Shown piece by piece: positions 47,232 through 56,712 of a stretch of DNA of 64,000 nucleotides. The DNA is from Caulobacterales bacterium. GTDB lineage: Bacteria; Pseudomonadota; Alphaproteobacteria; Caulobacterales; Caulobacteraceae. A program made the position numbers and the translations under genes. The stretch lies in contig JBBROW010000002.1 of the NCBI GenBank assembly GCA_038228945.1, positions 24,318-88,317 of the forward strand. Reading direction: 5' to 3'. The number at the start of each line of letters is the position of its first letter. Position 1 is the first letter of the stretch. The notes under the pieces were generated by a model. That model saw only the letters and a program-made list of their open reading frames with translations. It ran no database searches and had not been told where the DNA came from.

Positions 47232-47464
47232 TCACACGGCGGGCGCGGGGAGGTGCACCTGCACCTCACCATCACCTTGAACGGCGATGCGCCGCCCGGC
47301 GCCGACCTGCTGGTCGCCGACCGCGCCGCCCGTCACGGCCTCGATCTGGCGTCCCTTTCCCCCACTCAGTCACCGCCGGGCATCAGAGCTTCCTGCTCGG
47401 CTACGCCGCCTGGGACGACGCGGAGTTGGCGGCGGCGGTCGAAACTCTGGCGCGGTCGCTGTAG
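47232..47464 (+). pseudogene. Frameshifted 3'-terminal remnant of a PLP-dependent aminotransferase / MocR-type gene
   Basis: One frame reads ...GEVHLHLTITLNGDAPPGADLLVADRAARHGLDLASLSP. A different frame continues from 47372 as TAGHQSFLLGYAAWDDAELAAAVETLARSL-stop (TAG at 47462-47464). Together they resemble only the last ~75 aa of proteins that are normally over 400 aa. Confidence 0.6.
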
Positions 47465-47629
47465 CTGTTCCCGGGACGCCGAATTGACTCCGGCGGAGAT
47501 TCCCGGCCATGGTCTCGAACAGACTGAAGGATCGACACCGATGCGTGGGCAAATTTCGTAGCGACAGCCGCTTCGCTCGCCCGGCTCTAACCAGCCGGGG
47601 CCCTCTCCTCCATTCTGTCGGCATCCCAA

Positions 47630-48787
47630 ATGGCATTCATGCGCAATGACGCGGTCAACCGCGTCAATCTGCACTCCGGCGTCCAGGCCCTCGCGCAAAG
47701 CGGCGGCAGCCTCTTCTTCGTGGTCTATCTCGTCCAGGCCGGGGTCGCGGTTCCCCTCGCCCTGTCGACCATGGCGGCGATCATCACCATCCGGTTCTTC
47801 CTGCGTCCCGTCATCCTGCCGCTGGCCATCCGCTGGGGTCTCAAGCCCCTGTTGATCGCCGGCACCCTGGGCCTGGCGCTGCAGTACCCACTGCTGGCCC
47901 GCGTGCATGGCGTCGGACCTGATCTCGCGGCCCTGGCCCTGGTCACCGCCATCGGCGAGATCCTCTATTGGCCCAACTACAACGCCTATTTCGCCGTCAT
48001 CGGCGACGACGAACACCGCGGCCATCAGGTCAGCGCCCGCGAGGCCCTGGTGGCGGTGGCCAGCATCCTTGCGCCCTTGGTGGGGGGCTGGGCCTTAGTG
48101 AGCTTTGGTCCCGGCCCGATGTTCGCCGCCGTGGGTTTGATTCAGCTTCTGGCCGCAATCCCCCTGCTCGGCATCCCCAATGTGCCGATCCAGAAGGCGG
48201 CCTCGCCGGGCATCTTCCGCCTGGCGCGGACCGGCATGATCCTGGCGTCCACCGACGCTTGGTTTGACGCCTCGTTCTTCTTTGTCTGGCAGATCGCCCT
48301 CTTCGTCACCCTGGGGCGGAACTTCTCCTCCTATGGCGGGGCCATGGCCCTGGCCGGGCTGGTGGGCGCCGCCTGCGGCCTGGTGCTGGGCCGGCACATC
48401 GACGGGGGCGGCGGGCGGCGCGCCACCGCCATCGCCTATGCCTTGACCGCCACCGTGGTGATCGCCCGCTCCGCCAGCGCCGGCTCGCCTTGGCTGGCGG
48501 TGGGCGCCAACGCCGCCGGGGCCTTCGTCATGAGCCTGATCTCTCCGGTGATCGGCGCAGCCATCTATCCCCTGGCCAAGGCCGCTCCCTGCCCGCTGCG
48601 GTTTCTGATCTTCACCGAGGCCGCCTGGGACGTCGGCTGCATCGGCGGATGCCTGGCCTCGGCGGGCCTGGTGGCGGCGGGCGCGCCCCTCAATCTGACG
48701 ATGCTGCTCAGTCTGCCAGCCCTGTTCGTGGCGGCCCTGACCCTGCGCCGCACCTACGCCCGCTTCGCCGAGGCCAAGGCGGGTTGA
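47630..48787 (+). CDS. MFS transporter
   Basis: 385 aa polytopic membrane protein with an MFS-like helix pattern. Confidence 0.75.
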   Translation: MAFMRNDAVNRVNLHSGVQALAQSGGSLFFVVYLVQAGVAVPLALSTMAAIITIRFFLRPVILPLAIRWGLKPLLIAGTLGLALQYPLLARVHGVGPDLAALALVTAIGEILYWPNYNAYFAVIGDDEHRGHQVSAREALVAVASILAPLVGGWALVSFGPGPMFAAVGLIQLLAAIPLLGIPNVPIQKAASPGIFRLARTGMILASTDAWFDASFFFVWQIALFVTLGRNFSSYGGAMALAGLVGAACGLVLGRHIDGGGGRRATAIAYALTATVVIARSASAGSPWLAVGANAAGAFVMSLISPVIGAAIYPLAKAAPCPLRFLIFTEAAWDVGCIGGCLASAGLVAAGAPLNLTMLLSLPALFVAALTLRRTYARFAEAKAG

Positions 48788-48823
48788 GGAAAAGCTAGAG
48801 GGGGCGACGGTGATCTAGCCAGA

Positions 48824-49222
48824 TCAGTGCCACAGCCCCAGGATCAGCCCGATCAGGGTGAACTCCACCGTGTGGTAGCCACCGTTGATCAGGAACAGCT
48901 TCAGGCTCTTGCCCTCGAACAGGTAGTTCACCCCCAGGCTGAAGGCGACCCAGGTCAGGCCGGCGGAAAAGCCATACAGCGTCCCCTGCAGCGGGGTGAC
49001 CTTGGGTCCCAGGAAGAAGGCGAACACCAGGGCGCCGATCAGCACCAGCACGAAGGTCGCCGCCAGCTTCACCGGGCTGGAGGCGGCCTTGGCCTGCGCG
49101 TCGGTCAGCCCGACCTCGGCCTGCCAGGCCTTGAAGAACAACAGCGGCGAATACCAAAGCGACGCGACCACGAAGGCGGCCAGAGCAGCGGCCCCGACGG
49201 CGAAAAAGTTCACTGGCGGCAT
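48824..49222 (-). CDS. DUF1761-family membrane protein
   Basis: ORF 48824..49243 has a TTG start. The more likely start is the ATG at 49222 (MPPVNFFAVGAAALAAFVVASLWYSPLLFFKAW), preceded by GGGGGA. Downstream of the TetR gene on the same strand. Confidence 0.7.
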   Translation of the reverse strand: MPPVNFFAVGAAALAAFVVASLWYSPLLFFKAWQAEVGLTDAQAKAASSPVKLAATFVLVLIGALVFAFFLGPKVTPLQGTLYGFSAGLTWVAFSLGVNYLFEGKSLKLFLINGGYHTVEFTLIGLILGLWH

Positions 49223-49239
49223 TGTGTTTTCCCCCTGGT

Positions 49240-49842
49240 TCAAGCCGCGGCGAGGTCTCCCCTCGCCTTGACGGCCAGCATGTCAAAATGGGCGCGCAGC
49301 ATGGCCACCACCCGGTCGAAATAGGCGACGTCGCGGTGGGTGCGCGCCTGCATCACCCCCCCTTCCATCGCGGTGAGGACGAATTCGGCCAAGGCCGCCT
49401 TGTCGACGTCTGCGGGGACGCGCTCCGGCGCCGCCTCCAGACACTCGGCGATGGCCGCGGTCCAGTTGGTGAAGTTCTGCGCCAGCAGAGCCCGCACCTT
49501 GGGGTCCGGCTCATGCAGTTCCAACGCCAGGCTGCCGATCGGGCAGCCATAGGTGCAGTCGGTCTCGACGATGGAGCGGCGATACCGCGCCAGCAAGGCG
49601 AAGATCTTCTCGATGGGATCGTCCACCCCTTCCCACGCCGGCGACAGCAGCATATCCCAGATCCCGTCCCGCAGCGCTTCGAGCACGCCGATCAGCACGT
49701 CCTGCTTGCCGGGAAACACATGGTACAGGCTGCCGGAATTGACCTGAGAACGGGACAGGATGTCCGACACGGACGTGGAGTTGAACCCCTTCTCCCAGAA
49801 CAGCTCCATGGCGGCGATGACGATGCGGGTGCGAGTGTCCAT
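49240..49842 (-). CDS. TetR/AcrR family transcriptional regulator
   Basis: 200 aa with an N-terminal TetR HTH (RIVIAAMELFWEKGFNSTSVSDILSRSQVNSGSLYHVF). Confidence 0.9.
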   Translation of the reverse strand: MDTRTRIVIAAMELFWEKGFNSTSVSDILSRSQVNSGSLYHVFPGKQDVLIGVLEALRDGIWDMLLSPAWEGVDDPIEKIFALLARYRRSIVETDCTYGCPIGSLALELHEPDPKVRALLAQNFTNWTAAIAECLEAAPERVPADVDKAALAEFVLTAMEGGVMQARTHRDVAYFDRVVAMLRAHFDMLAVKARGDLAAA

Positions 49843-49856
49843 GACCTGAAAAGCGA

Positions 49857-49878
49857 CTTGATTGATCGTTCAATCAAG
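49857..49878. promoter_or_regulatory. Perfect 9-bp inverted repeat, candidate TetR operator
   Basis: CTTGATTGA-TCGT-TCAATCAAG, 15 nt upstream of the TetR start codon. Confidence 0.55.
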
Positions 49879-50067
49879 GCCCCAGGCGCAACGGTTGTCA
49901 AGCCGTCCGACCGGTTGACCGAAAGTGCGAATTGAGTGCGTGATGCGGGGTCTATTTCCACGGCACGGAGGGATTTTCGCATCGCGGCGCTGAGGCCCGG
50001 CAGCCGCGCCGGAGAGCCTGCCTCACCGTTAAATACGGTGATTTACGGTGGTGGAAGGCCTTTTCGC

Positions 50068-51207
50068 CTACCCACCCAGCCCCTGCCACATGCCCATCAT
50101 CAGGCCGAAGGCGCGCGTATCGCCGGTGGTGGTGCCGGCCATCTTGTTCATGGCGTAGCCGAAGGTGGTGCGGGCATCCATGTCGATGACGACCAAGGAT
50201 CCACCATAGCCGCCCCAGTAGATCGAATTGGGGTTGGGCAGGGGCACCATGCCGCCAGCCAGGCCAAAGCCCATGCCGAACCGCGCCTGTTGCTTGAAGA
50301 TCAGGTCGACGCCCTCGATCTGCACCTCCAGCGCCTTGCGGCAGCCGGCCTCGGACATGATCCGCTTGCCTTTAGCCACCCCGCCGTTGGCCAGGACCGC
50401 GTGGATCTCGGCGATGGAGCGGGCGTTGCCATGTCCCCCGGCGGCGGGAATCTCCGCCTCACGCCAGGCGCGGGTCTTGGTTTCGGAGACGTCGATGCCC
50501 GGGTTGTTCGACATGTTGCGGCCCAGCTCGTCCTGCTCGCCGTCGGCGATGGCCGTGCCCGGCGGCGGCGGGATCAGGTCGGCGACCCGGTCGTCGTGCT
50601 TGGGGATCAGGCCGATATGGAAGTCGGCGCCCAGCGGCTCGGCGATCTCTTGGCGGAACACCGTGCCCAGGGACTTGCCGGTGATCCGACGCACGACCTC
50701 GCCCACCAGAAAGCCCTGCGTCAGGGCGTGATAGCCGCTGGCGGTCCCCGGCTCCCAGAACGGCGCCTGGGCGGCCAACAGAGAGGTGACCTTGTCCCAG
50801 TCATAGATGTCGCTGGTGGTGATGGTTTCCTTCCAGCCCGACAGGCCGGCGGCGTGACTCATCAGGTGGCTGACCTTGACCCGGTCCTTGCCGTTGGCGG
50901 CGAACTCCGGCCAGTACTTGGCCACTGGAGCGTCGAAATCCAGCTCGCCGCGGTCGGCCAGCAGCAGCGCCGTCAGCGCGGTCATGGTCTTGGTGGTGGA
51001 ATAGACGTTGACGATGGTGTCCTTTTCCCAGGGCCGCGTCCTGGCCTCGTCCGCCCAGCCGCCCCACAGGTCGACCACGGTCTCGCCTTCAACCGTGGCG
51101 GCGAAGGAGGCGCCGATATCGGCGCCGCTGGCCAGGTTGGCCTCGAACTGATCGCGCACCGCGCCGAACTTGTCCCGCGTGAATCCGCCCACCGAACCGT
51201 CGGCCAT
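50068..51207 (-). CDS. Serine hydrolase, beta-lactamase/esterase (class C-like) family
   Basis: 379 aa. SxxK motif in VYSTTKTMTALTALLL. The rest resembles EstB/PBP-like serine hydrolases. Confidence 0.8.
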   Translation of the reverse strand: MADGSVGGFTRDKFGAVRDQFEANLASGADIGASFAATVEGETVVDLWGGWADEARTRPWEKDTIVNVYSTTKTMTALTALLLADRGELDFDAPVAKYWPEFAANGKDRVKVSHLMSHAAGLSGWKETITTSDIYDWDKVTSLLAAQAPFWEPGTASGYHALTQGFLVGEVVRRITGKSLGTVFRQEIAEPLGADFHIGLIPKHDDRVADLIPPPPGTAIADGEQDELGRNMSNNPGIDVSETKTRAWREAEIPAAGGHGNARSIAEIHAVLANGGVAKGKRIMSEAGCRKALEVQIEGVDLIFKQQARFGMGFGLAGGMVPLPNPNSIYWGGYGGSLVVIDMDARTTFGYAMNKMAGTTTGDTRAFGLMMGMWQGLGG

Positions 51208-51276
51208 GGTCTGTCTCCCGAATTTGTTGGGATCAGCCTAGCGGAAGCGACCTTGCGTCAACAAACGCCTTCGCGC

Positions 51277-52068
51277 TCAGCGCCGCCGCGCCGTGTAGAG
51301 GATCGTCACCATGTTGCGGACAACCCGGCCGTCGAACTGCTCGACGGCGATGCGGCGCAGCTGCGCCAGCACCTCGCGTTGTTCCGCTTCGGGGCGAGCG
51401 GTCATGTCGGAATAGGTGGCGTACAGGGCGACCACCTGGTCGGGATCAAGCACCAGTTCCCACGGCTGGGCCTCGCAGGCCAGGTCGACGAACTCCGGCC
51501 GGCGGCCGAAGGCGCTCTTGCGATCGTTGACGTTCAGCGCGAACGGTACGCCGCCGGGGCCGCCATTGCTCGGGCTACGCGGCCCGTCGTTCAGCAGGTC
51601 GAAGGTGGCTTCGTGGAAAGGATCCTCACGGTCCGGGTCGCCGAACACGTTCCAGAGCATCGCCCATCAGCCCCCGGGCCGCAGCAGCGAGACTACCCGC
51701 CCCAGGGACCGCGCCTCGTCCAGCCAGTGGAAGGCGGTGGCGCAGACGCCCAGGTCGAAGTCAGCGCGGGGGAACCGAGCCTCTTCAAAGGGCTGCTCGA
51801 TGATCTGCACATCATAGGCGCTGTTTGCCCGCAGGAAGGCCGCCAGGCGCGGATCGGGCTCCACGGCGACCAGGGGCGAGGCGCCCAGCATGGTCAGCTG
51901 CCGCGTGGCTGTCCCGGTGCCCGCCCCGATTTCGAACACCGCCGCGCCGGGCTTCAGCCCGCAGCGATGCTGCAGAATCTCAAACACCCATGCCGGATAG
52001 GCCGGGCGGCTGGCGTTGTAATTCGCCGGGTCGCCGCCGAACGCCCGGCGGCCAAAGGCCTTGTCCAT
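51277..52068 (-). pseudogene. Class I SAM-dependent methyltransferase interrupted by an in-frame TGA at 51667-51669
   Basis: ORFs 51667..52068 (SAM motif VFEIGAGTGTATRQL, ...SLLRPGG*) and 51277..51660 are in the same frame. Reading through gives LRPGG-TGA-WAMLWNVFGDP. Confidence 0.75.
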
Positions 52069-52088
52069 GGTCGCGCAGGACCGGGTCC

Positions 52089-53471
52089 CTACTCCGCCGC
52101 CTGGTGGCTCAGTCCCGCCAGGCGTTCGGCCTTCAGCTTCTCCGCCACCAGGAAGGCCAGTTCCAGGGCCTGCTCACCGTTCAGTCGCGGGTCGCAATGG
52201 GTGTGGTAGCGGTCGGCCAGGTCGCCTTCGCTCAACGCCCGCGCGCCGCCCAGGCACTCGGTGACATTCTGGCCGGTCATTTCCAGGTGCACGCCGCCGG
52301 GGTGAACCCCTTCAGACTCGGCGATCTCGATGAAGCTCTTCACCTCACCCAGGATGCGGTCGAAGGGCCGGGTCTTGTAGCCGTTGTTGGCGGTCAGGGT
52401 GTTGCCGTGCATCGGGTCGATGGCCCAGACCACCTGGCGGCCTTCGTCCCGCGTGGCGCGCATCAGCATCGGCAGGCGCCCGGCGATCTTGTCGGAGCCG
52501 AAGCGGCCATACAGGGTCAGGCGGCCCGGTTCGTTCTCCGGGTTCAGGGCGTCGATCAGACGGATCAGCTCGTCCGGCTCCAGCGTCGGGCCGACCTTCA
52601 GGCCGATGGGGTTCTTGATCCCCTTCATGAACTCCACGTGGGCGTGGTCCAGTTGGCGGGTGCGTTCGCCGATCCACAGCAGGTGGGCGGAGGTGTCGTA
52701 CCAGTCGCCCGAGGTGCTATCGACCCGGGTCATGGCCTCTTCGTAGCCCAGCAACAGCGCCTCATGCGCCGTGAAGAACTCCACCCGGTGCAGATCTGGC
52801 TGGCTTTCCGGCGTCACGCCGATGGCGGCCATGAAGCTCAGCGCCTCGCTGATCTTCTCCGACAGCTCGTGATACCGCGCGCCCTGGGGGCTGCCTTCGA
52901 CGAAGCCGAGGGTCCAGCGGTGGATGTTATAGAGGTCGGCATAGCCACCGCCGGCGAAGGCGCGCAGCAGGTTCAGGGTCGCGGCCGACTGGCCATAGGC
53001 CTTCAGCAGCCGCTCGGGGTCGGGCGCGCGGGCGGCGGCCTCGAACTCCATGCCGTTGATGTTATCGCCGCGGTAGGACGGCAGGGTGACCCCGCCGATG
53101 GTCTCGGTGGCCGACGACCGCGGCTTGGCGAACTGGCCGGCCATGCGGCCCACCTTCACCACCGGCTTGCCGCCGGCGAAGGTCAGCACCACCGCCATCT
53201 GCAGGATCAGGCGGAAGGTGTCGCGGATGTTGTCGGCGGCGAATTCCTTGAAGCTCTCGGCGCAATCGCCCCCTTGCAGCAGGAAGGCCTTGCCGGCCGC
53301 CACGTCGCCCAGCAGGCTCTTGAGGCGTCGCGCCTCGCCGGCGAACACCAGCGGCGGCATGCGGCGCAACTCCGCCTCAACGCGCGTCACCGCCTCCCCA
53401 TCCGGATAGTCGGCGGGGATATGCTTGGCGGGCAGGGATCTCCAGGACGCGGGCGTCCAACGTTCGGCCAT
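52089..53471 (-). CDS. 3-deoxy-7-phosphoheptulonate (DAHP) synthase, class II
   Basis: 460 aa. N-terminus [20 protein letters not shown], plus [12 protein letters not shown] and DPMHGNT. Confidence 0.92.
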   Translation of the reverse strand: MAERWTPASWRSLPAKHIPADYPDGEAVTRVEAELRRMPPLVFAGEARRLKSLLGDVAAGKAFLLQGGDCAESFKEFAADNIRDTFRLILQMAVVLTFAGGKPVVKVGRMAGQFAKPRSSATETIGGVTLPSYRGDNINGMEFEAAARAPDPERLLKAYGQSAATLNLLRAFAGGGYADLYNIHRWTLGFVEGSPQGARYHELSEKISEALSFMAAIGVTPESQPDLHRVEFFTAHEALLLGYEEAMTRVDSTSGDWYDTSAHLLWIGERTRQLDHAHVEFMKGIKNPIGLKVGPTLEPDELIRLIDALNPENEPGRLTLYGRFGSDKIAGRLPMLMRATRDEGRQVVWAIDPMHGNTLTANNGYKTRPFDRILGEVKSFIEIAESEGVHPGGVHLEMTGQNVTECLGGARALSEGDLADRYHTHCDPRLNGEQALELAFLVAEKLKAERLAGLSHQAAE

Positions 53472-53548
53472 GACAAGCCCCTTTCGAAGGGCGCGGTTTC
53501 TAGCTCAGATAGGGGCGCAAGGCAAAACCGGGTCGGGAGCTCCCTTGA

Positions 53549-54241
53549 ATGCGCGACTTTGAAGAGATCTATGCCCTGGCGGCGGGACGCAAGGGCGGGC
53601 CCGATGCGCTGGAGGCCCTGATCGCTGAGCACCGATCCAAGACGGTGGAGGCGCTGATCGCCACACCAGACCACCGTTGGCTGGCGCAGATGACCAAATG
53701 CGTGTTCCAGGCTGGCTTCAACTGGAAGGTCATCGACAACAAGTGGCCGGGCTTCGAGGTCGCCTTCCACGCCTTCGACCCGCCCCTGAACGCGGCCATG
53801 TCTGAGGAGGAATTCGACGCCCACCTGAAGGATGCCAGCATCGTCCGCAACGCCCAGAAGATCCTGTCCGTGCGCGCCAACGCCCAGTTCCTGGTGGACC
53901 TGGCCGCGGAACACGGCAGCGCCGCCAGCTTCTTCGCCCAGTGGCCGGACGACGACTTCGTAGGCCTGCTGGAGGTGATGAAGAAGCGGGCCGCGCGGCT
54001 CTCCGGCGAGACCGCGGCGCGGTGCTTCCGCTTCATGGGCCGGCCGTCCTTCATCCCCAGCCGCGACGTCACCGCAGCCCTGATCGAAGCCAGGGTGATC
54101 GCCAAGCCGGCCACCTCGAAGAAGGACTGGCAGGCCCTGCAGGACGCCTTCAACACCTGGGGGGCGCAATCCGGCCGCGACCTCACCGCCATGAGCCGGG
54201 TGCTGGCAATGAGCGCGGGACCGAGCTACGCGCCGGTCTGA
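53549..54241 (+). CDS. DNA-3-methyladenine glycosylase I (Tag)-like protein
   Basis: 230 aa. Motifs CVFQAGFNWKVIDNKWPGFEVAFHAFD and IVRNAQKI resemble the Tag (Adenine_glyco) family. It is longer than E. coli Tag. Confidence 0.7.
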   Translation: MRDFEEIYALAAGRKGGPDALEALIAEHRSKTVEALIATPDHRWLAQMTKCVFQAGFNWKVIDNKWPGFEVAFHAFDPPLNAAMSEEEFDAHLKDASIVRNAQKILSVRANAQFLVDLAAEHGSAASFFAQWPDDDFVGLLEVMKKRAARLSGETAARCFRFMGRPSFIPSRDVTAALIEARVIAKPATSKKDWQALQDAFNTWGAQSGRDLTAMSRVLAMSAGPSYAPV

Positions 54242-54334
54242 GCGGGTTTGATCGCGGCGCCGGTTGCGCCCGCTGGTCCGGGAAGGCATGGACTTGGGCC
54301 AGACGTCCGCAGAGGCGCTTAAGGGAGTAGAGCC

Positions 54335-55390
54335 ATGAGCCGTGAAGCCATCCTCGAGCCGGATCTGCCCATCGTCGATCCGCACCATCACCTGTGGGAT
54401 CGCGTCACCGTGCGCGCCCTGCCCGCGCCGCCGCTCGGGACGACCGTCCATCCCTTCACCCAGGTGGTCGCTCGCCGACCCCGCTATCTGCTGGATGAGT
54501 TGCTGGCGGACCTGAACAGCGGCCACAACGTCGCCGCCACGGTGTTCGTCCAGTGCGGCGCCTTCCACCGCGCCGATGGCCCTGAACACCTGAAGCCCGT
54601 GGGCGAGACCGAGTTCGTCAACGGCGTGGCGGCCATGACCGCCAGCGGCGCCTACGGCCCGATCCGAGCCTGCGCCGGCATCGTCGGCAACGCCGACTGC
54701 ACCATCGGCGACAGGATCAAGGAAACCCTTGAGGCCCATCTGGTGGCCGGCGGCGGGCGGTTCCGGGGCATCCGCCACAGCGCCTCGTCCGATCCGGATC
54801 CGGGCGTGCTAGGCCCCCTCGCCCGCCAGACCCCCGGCCTCTACGCCTCCGACGCCTTCCGCTCCGGCTACAAACACCTGGCTGACTACGGCATGTCCTT
54901 CGACGCCTGGCTGCTGGAGCCCCAGCTGCCGGACCTCATCGACCTGGCCCGCAAGTTCCCCGAGATCCCGATCATCCTGGACCACGTCGGCACGCCCCTG
55001 GGCCTGGCCAGCTACGACGGTCGGCGCGAGGAGCGGTTCCCGATCTGGCTGGCCAACATCAAGGAACTGTCCAAGTCGGCGAATGTGTCGGTGAAGCTGG
55101 GCGGCCTGGCCATGGCCTTCTGCAACTTCCCCTCCTTCATGTCCGACCCGCCGGCGCCCTCTGCCCAACTGGCGGCGGAATGGGCCCCCTATCTGGAAGC
55201 CTGCATCGAGGCCTTCGGACCGAGCCGTTGCATGTTCGAGAGCAACTTCCCGGTCGACCTGGGCAGCTGCGACTACGACGTGCTGTGGAACGCCTTCAAG
55301 GTGTTCGCCAAGGGCTATTCTGCCGACGAGAAGACCGCGCTGTTCAGCGGCACGGCGAGCAAGGTCTATCGGCTGAACCTCCCCGCCTGA
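54335..55390 (+). CDS. Amidohydrolase-2 family metal-dependent hydrolase
   Basis: 351 aa. N-terminal IVDPHHHLWD, a later ILDHVG, and FESNFPVD. Confidence 0.8.
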   Translation: MSREAILEPDLPIVDPHHHLWDRVTVRALPAPPLGTTVHPFTQVVARRPRYLLDELLADLNSGHNVAATVFVQCGAFHRADGPEHLKPVGETEFVNGVAAMTASGAYGPIRACAGIVGNADCTIGDRIKETLEAHLVAGGGRFRGIRHSASSDPDPGVLGPLARQTPGLYASDAFRSGYKHLADYGMSFDAWLLEPQLPDLIDLARKFPEIPIILDHVGTPLGLASYDGRREERFPIWLANIKELSKSANVSVKLGGLAMAFCNFPSFMSDPPAPSAQLAAEWAPYLEACIEAFGPSRCMFESNFPVDLGSCDYDVLWNAFKVFAKGYSADEKTALFSGTASKVYRLNLPA

Positions 55391-55454
55391 GGCGCCTTGC
55401 CTGCCCACGGGTGAACGGCGCCACAACAGACAAAAATTGAACGAGGAAACGACC

Positions 55455-56690
55455 ATGGCCATTGATTTCGAAATCCCGGCGGAGGCCAAGGCCGTCCGTG
55501 AAAAGGTGCGTCAATGGGTGCACGACGAGTGCATCCCTGCCGAGAAGCGCCTCATCGACGGCGGTGACTACAAGACCATCCTGGGCGAACTGCGGACCAA
55601 GGCGCGCGCGCAGGGCCTGTGGTGCCCCTTCATTCCGCCGGAGCACGGCGGCATGGGCCTTGGCCCTCTGGCCAACGCCCTTGTGCAGATGGAGTTGGGC
55701 GAGAGCTACCTTGGCGCCCTTTCCATGAACACCCAGGGTCCCGACGACGCCACCATGCTGACCCTGCTGACCCACGGCACGCCGTACCAGAAGGAGAAGT
55801 TCCTTAAGCCGCTGCTGAACGGCGAGAAGCGCATCTGCTACTCGATGACCGAGAAGGCGGCCGGCGCCGACGCCACCGGCATGCAGACCCGGGCGGTCAA
55901 GGACGGCAACGAGAACTATGTGCTGAACGGTGAGAAGTGGTTCTCCAGCGCCGCCAGCGTCGCCGACATCGCCCTGGTGATGGCCAAGACCGACCCGGAC
56001 GCGCCGCGCCACCAGCAGTTCTCCACCTTCATCGTCGAGCTGCCCAACCCTGGGTACAGGATCAAGCGCGACATCGAGACCATGGCCGCCGAAGGGCCCC
56101 TGTCGCACATCCTCGGCGGCGGCCACTCCGAGATCGAGATCAAGGACCTGGTGGTGCCGGCGGAGAACCTGCTGGGCGGCGAGGGCAACGGCTTCAACAT
56201 GGGCCAGCACCGCCTGGCCTATGGTCGCCTGCGCCACGGCATGCACAACGTCGCCATGGCCCAGCGGGCGCTGGATCTGGCCGTCGGCCACATCACCAGC
56301 CGCTCCACCTTCGGCGAGCCCCTGCACAAGCGCCAGGGCGTGCAGTGGATGGTCGCTGACTGCGCTACCGAGATCTACAAGGCCCGGCTGATGCTCCTGC
56401 ACATCGCCTACAAGGCCGAAAAGGGCCTGGACCTGCGCCAGGAGAACTCCATGGCCAAGATCTTCCTCGCCAACATGGTGCACCAGGTGGTGGACACCGC
56501 CATCCAGCTGCACGGCGCGCTCGGCTATTCCATGGATACACCCCTGGCCCGCTGGTACACCCACATCCGCAGCCAGCGGCTAGTGGACGGCCCCGACGAA
56601 GTGCACCGCTGGACCATCGGGCGGAACGTCATCAAGGCCTACCAGCAGACCGGGACGACGGCGTCGATGTGCGGCGGGGATATGATCTAG
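55455..56690 (+). CDS. Acyl-CoA dehydrogenase family protein
   Basis: ORF 55437..56690 has a TTG start. The ATG at 55455 (MAIDFEIPAEAK) is preceded by GAGGAA. ACAD-like middle and C-terminal domains (YSMTEKAAGADATG, GALGYSMDTPLARWY). Confidence 0.85.
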   Translation: MAIDFEIPAEAKAVREKVRQWVHDECIPAEKRLIDGGDYKTILGELRTKARAQGLWCPFIPPEHGGMGLGPLANALVQMELGESYLGALSMNTQGPDDATMLTLLTHGTPYQKEKFLKPLLNGEKRICYSMTEKAAGADATGMQTRAVKDGNENYVLNGEKWFSSAASVADIALVMAKTDPDAPRHQQFSTFIVELPNPGYRIKRDIETMAAEGPLSHILGGGHSEIEIKDLVVPAENLLGGEGNGFNMGQHRLAYGRLRHGMHNVAMAQRALDLAVGHITSRSTFGEPLHKRQGVQWMVADCATEIYKARLMLLHIAYKAEKGLDLRQENSMAKIFLANMVHQVVDTAIQLHGALGYSMDTPLARWYTHIRSQRLVDGPDEVHRWTIGRNVIKAYQQTGTTASMCGGDMI

Positions 56691-56712
56691 ACCGGCTTCG
56701 GGGCGGCGTCCT

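Noticed and set aside
51667-51669. In-frame TGA as selenocysteine or programmed recoding
   Set aside because: The position corresponds to an expected Trp after the PGG motif. I see no SECIS-like hairpin immediately downstream, and methyltransferases of this type are not selenoproteins. A nonsense mutation or base error is more parsimonious.
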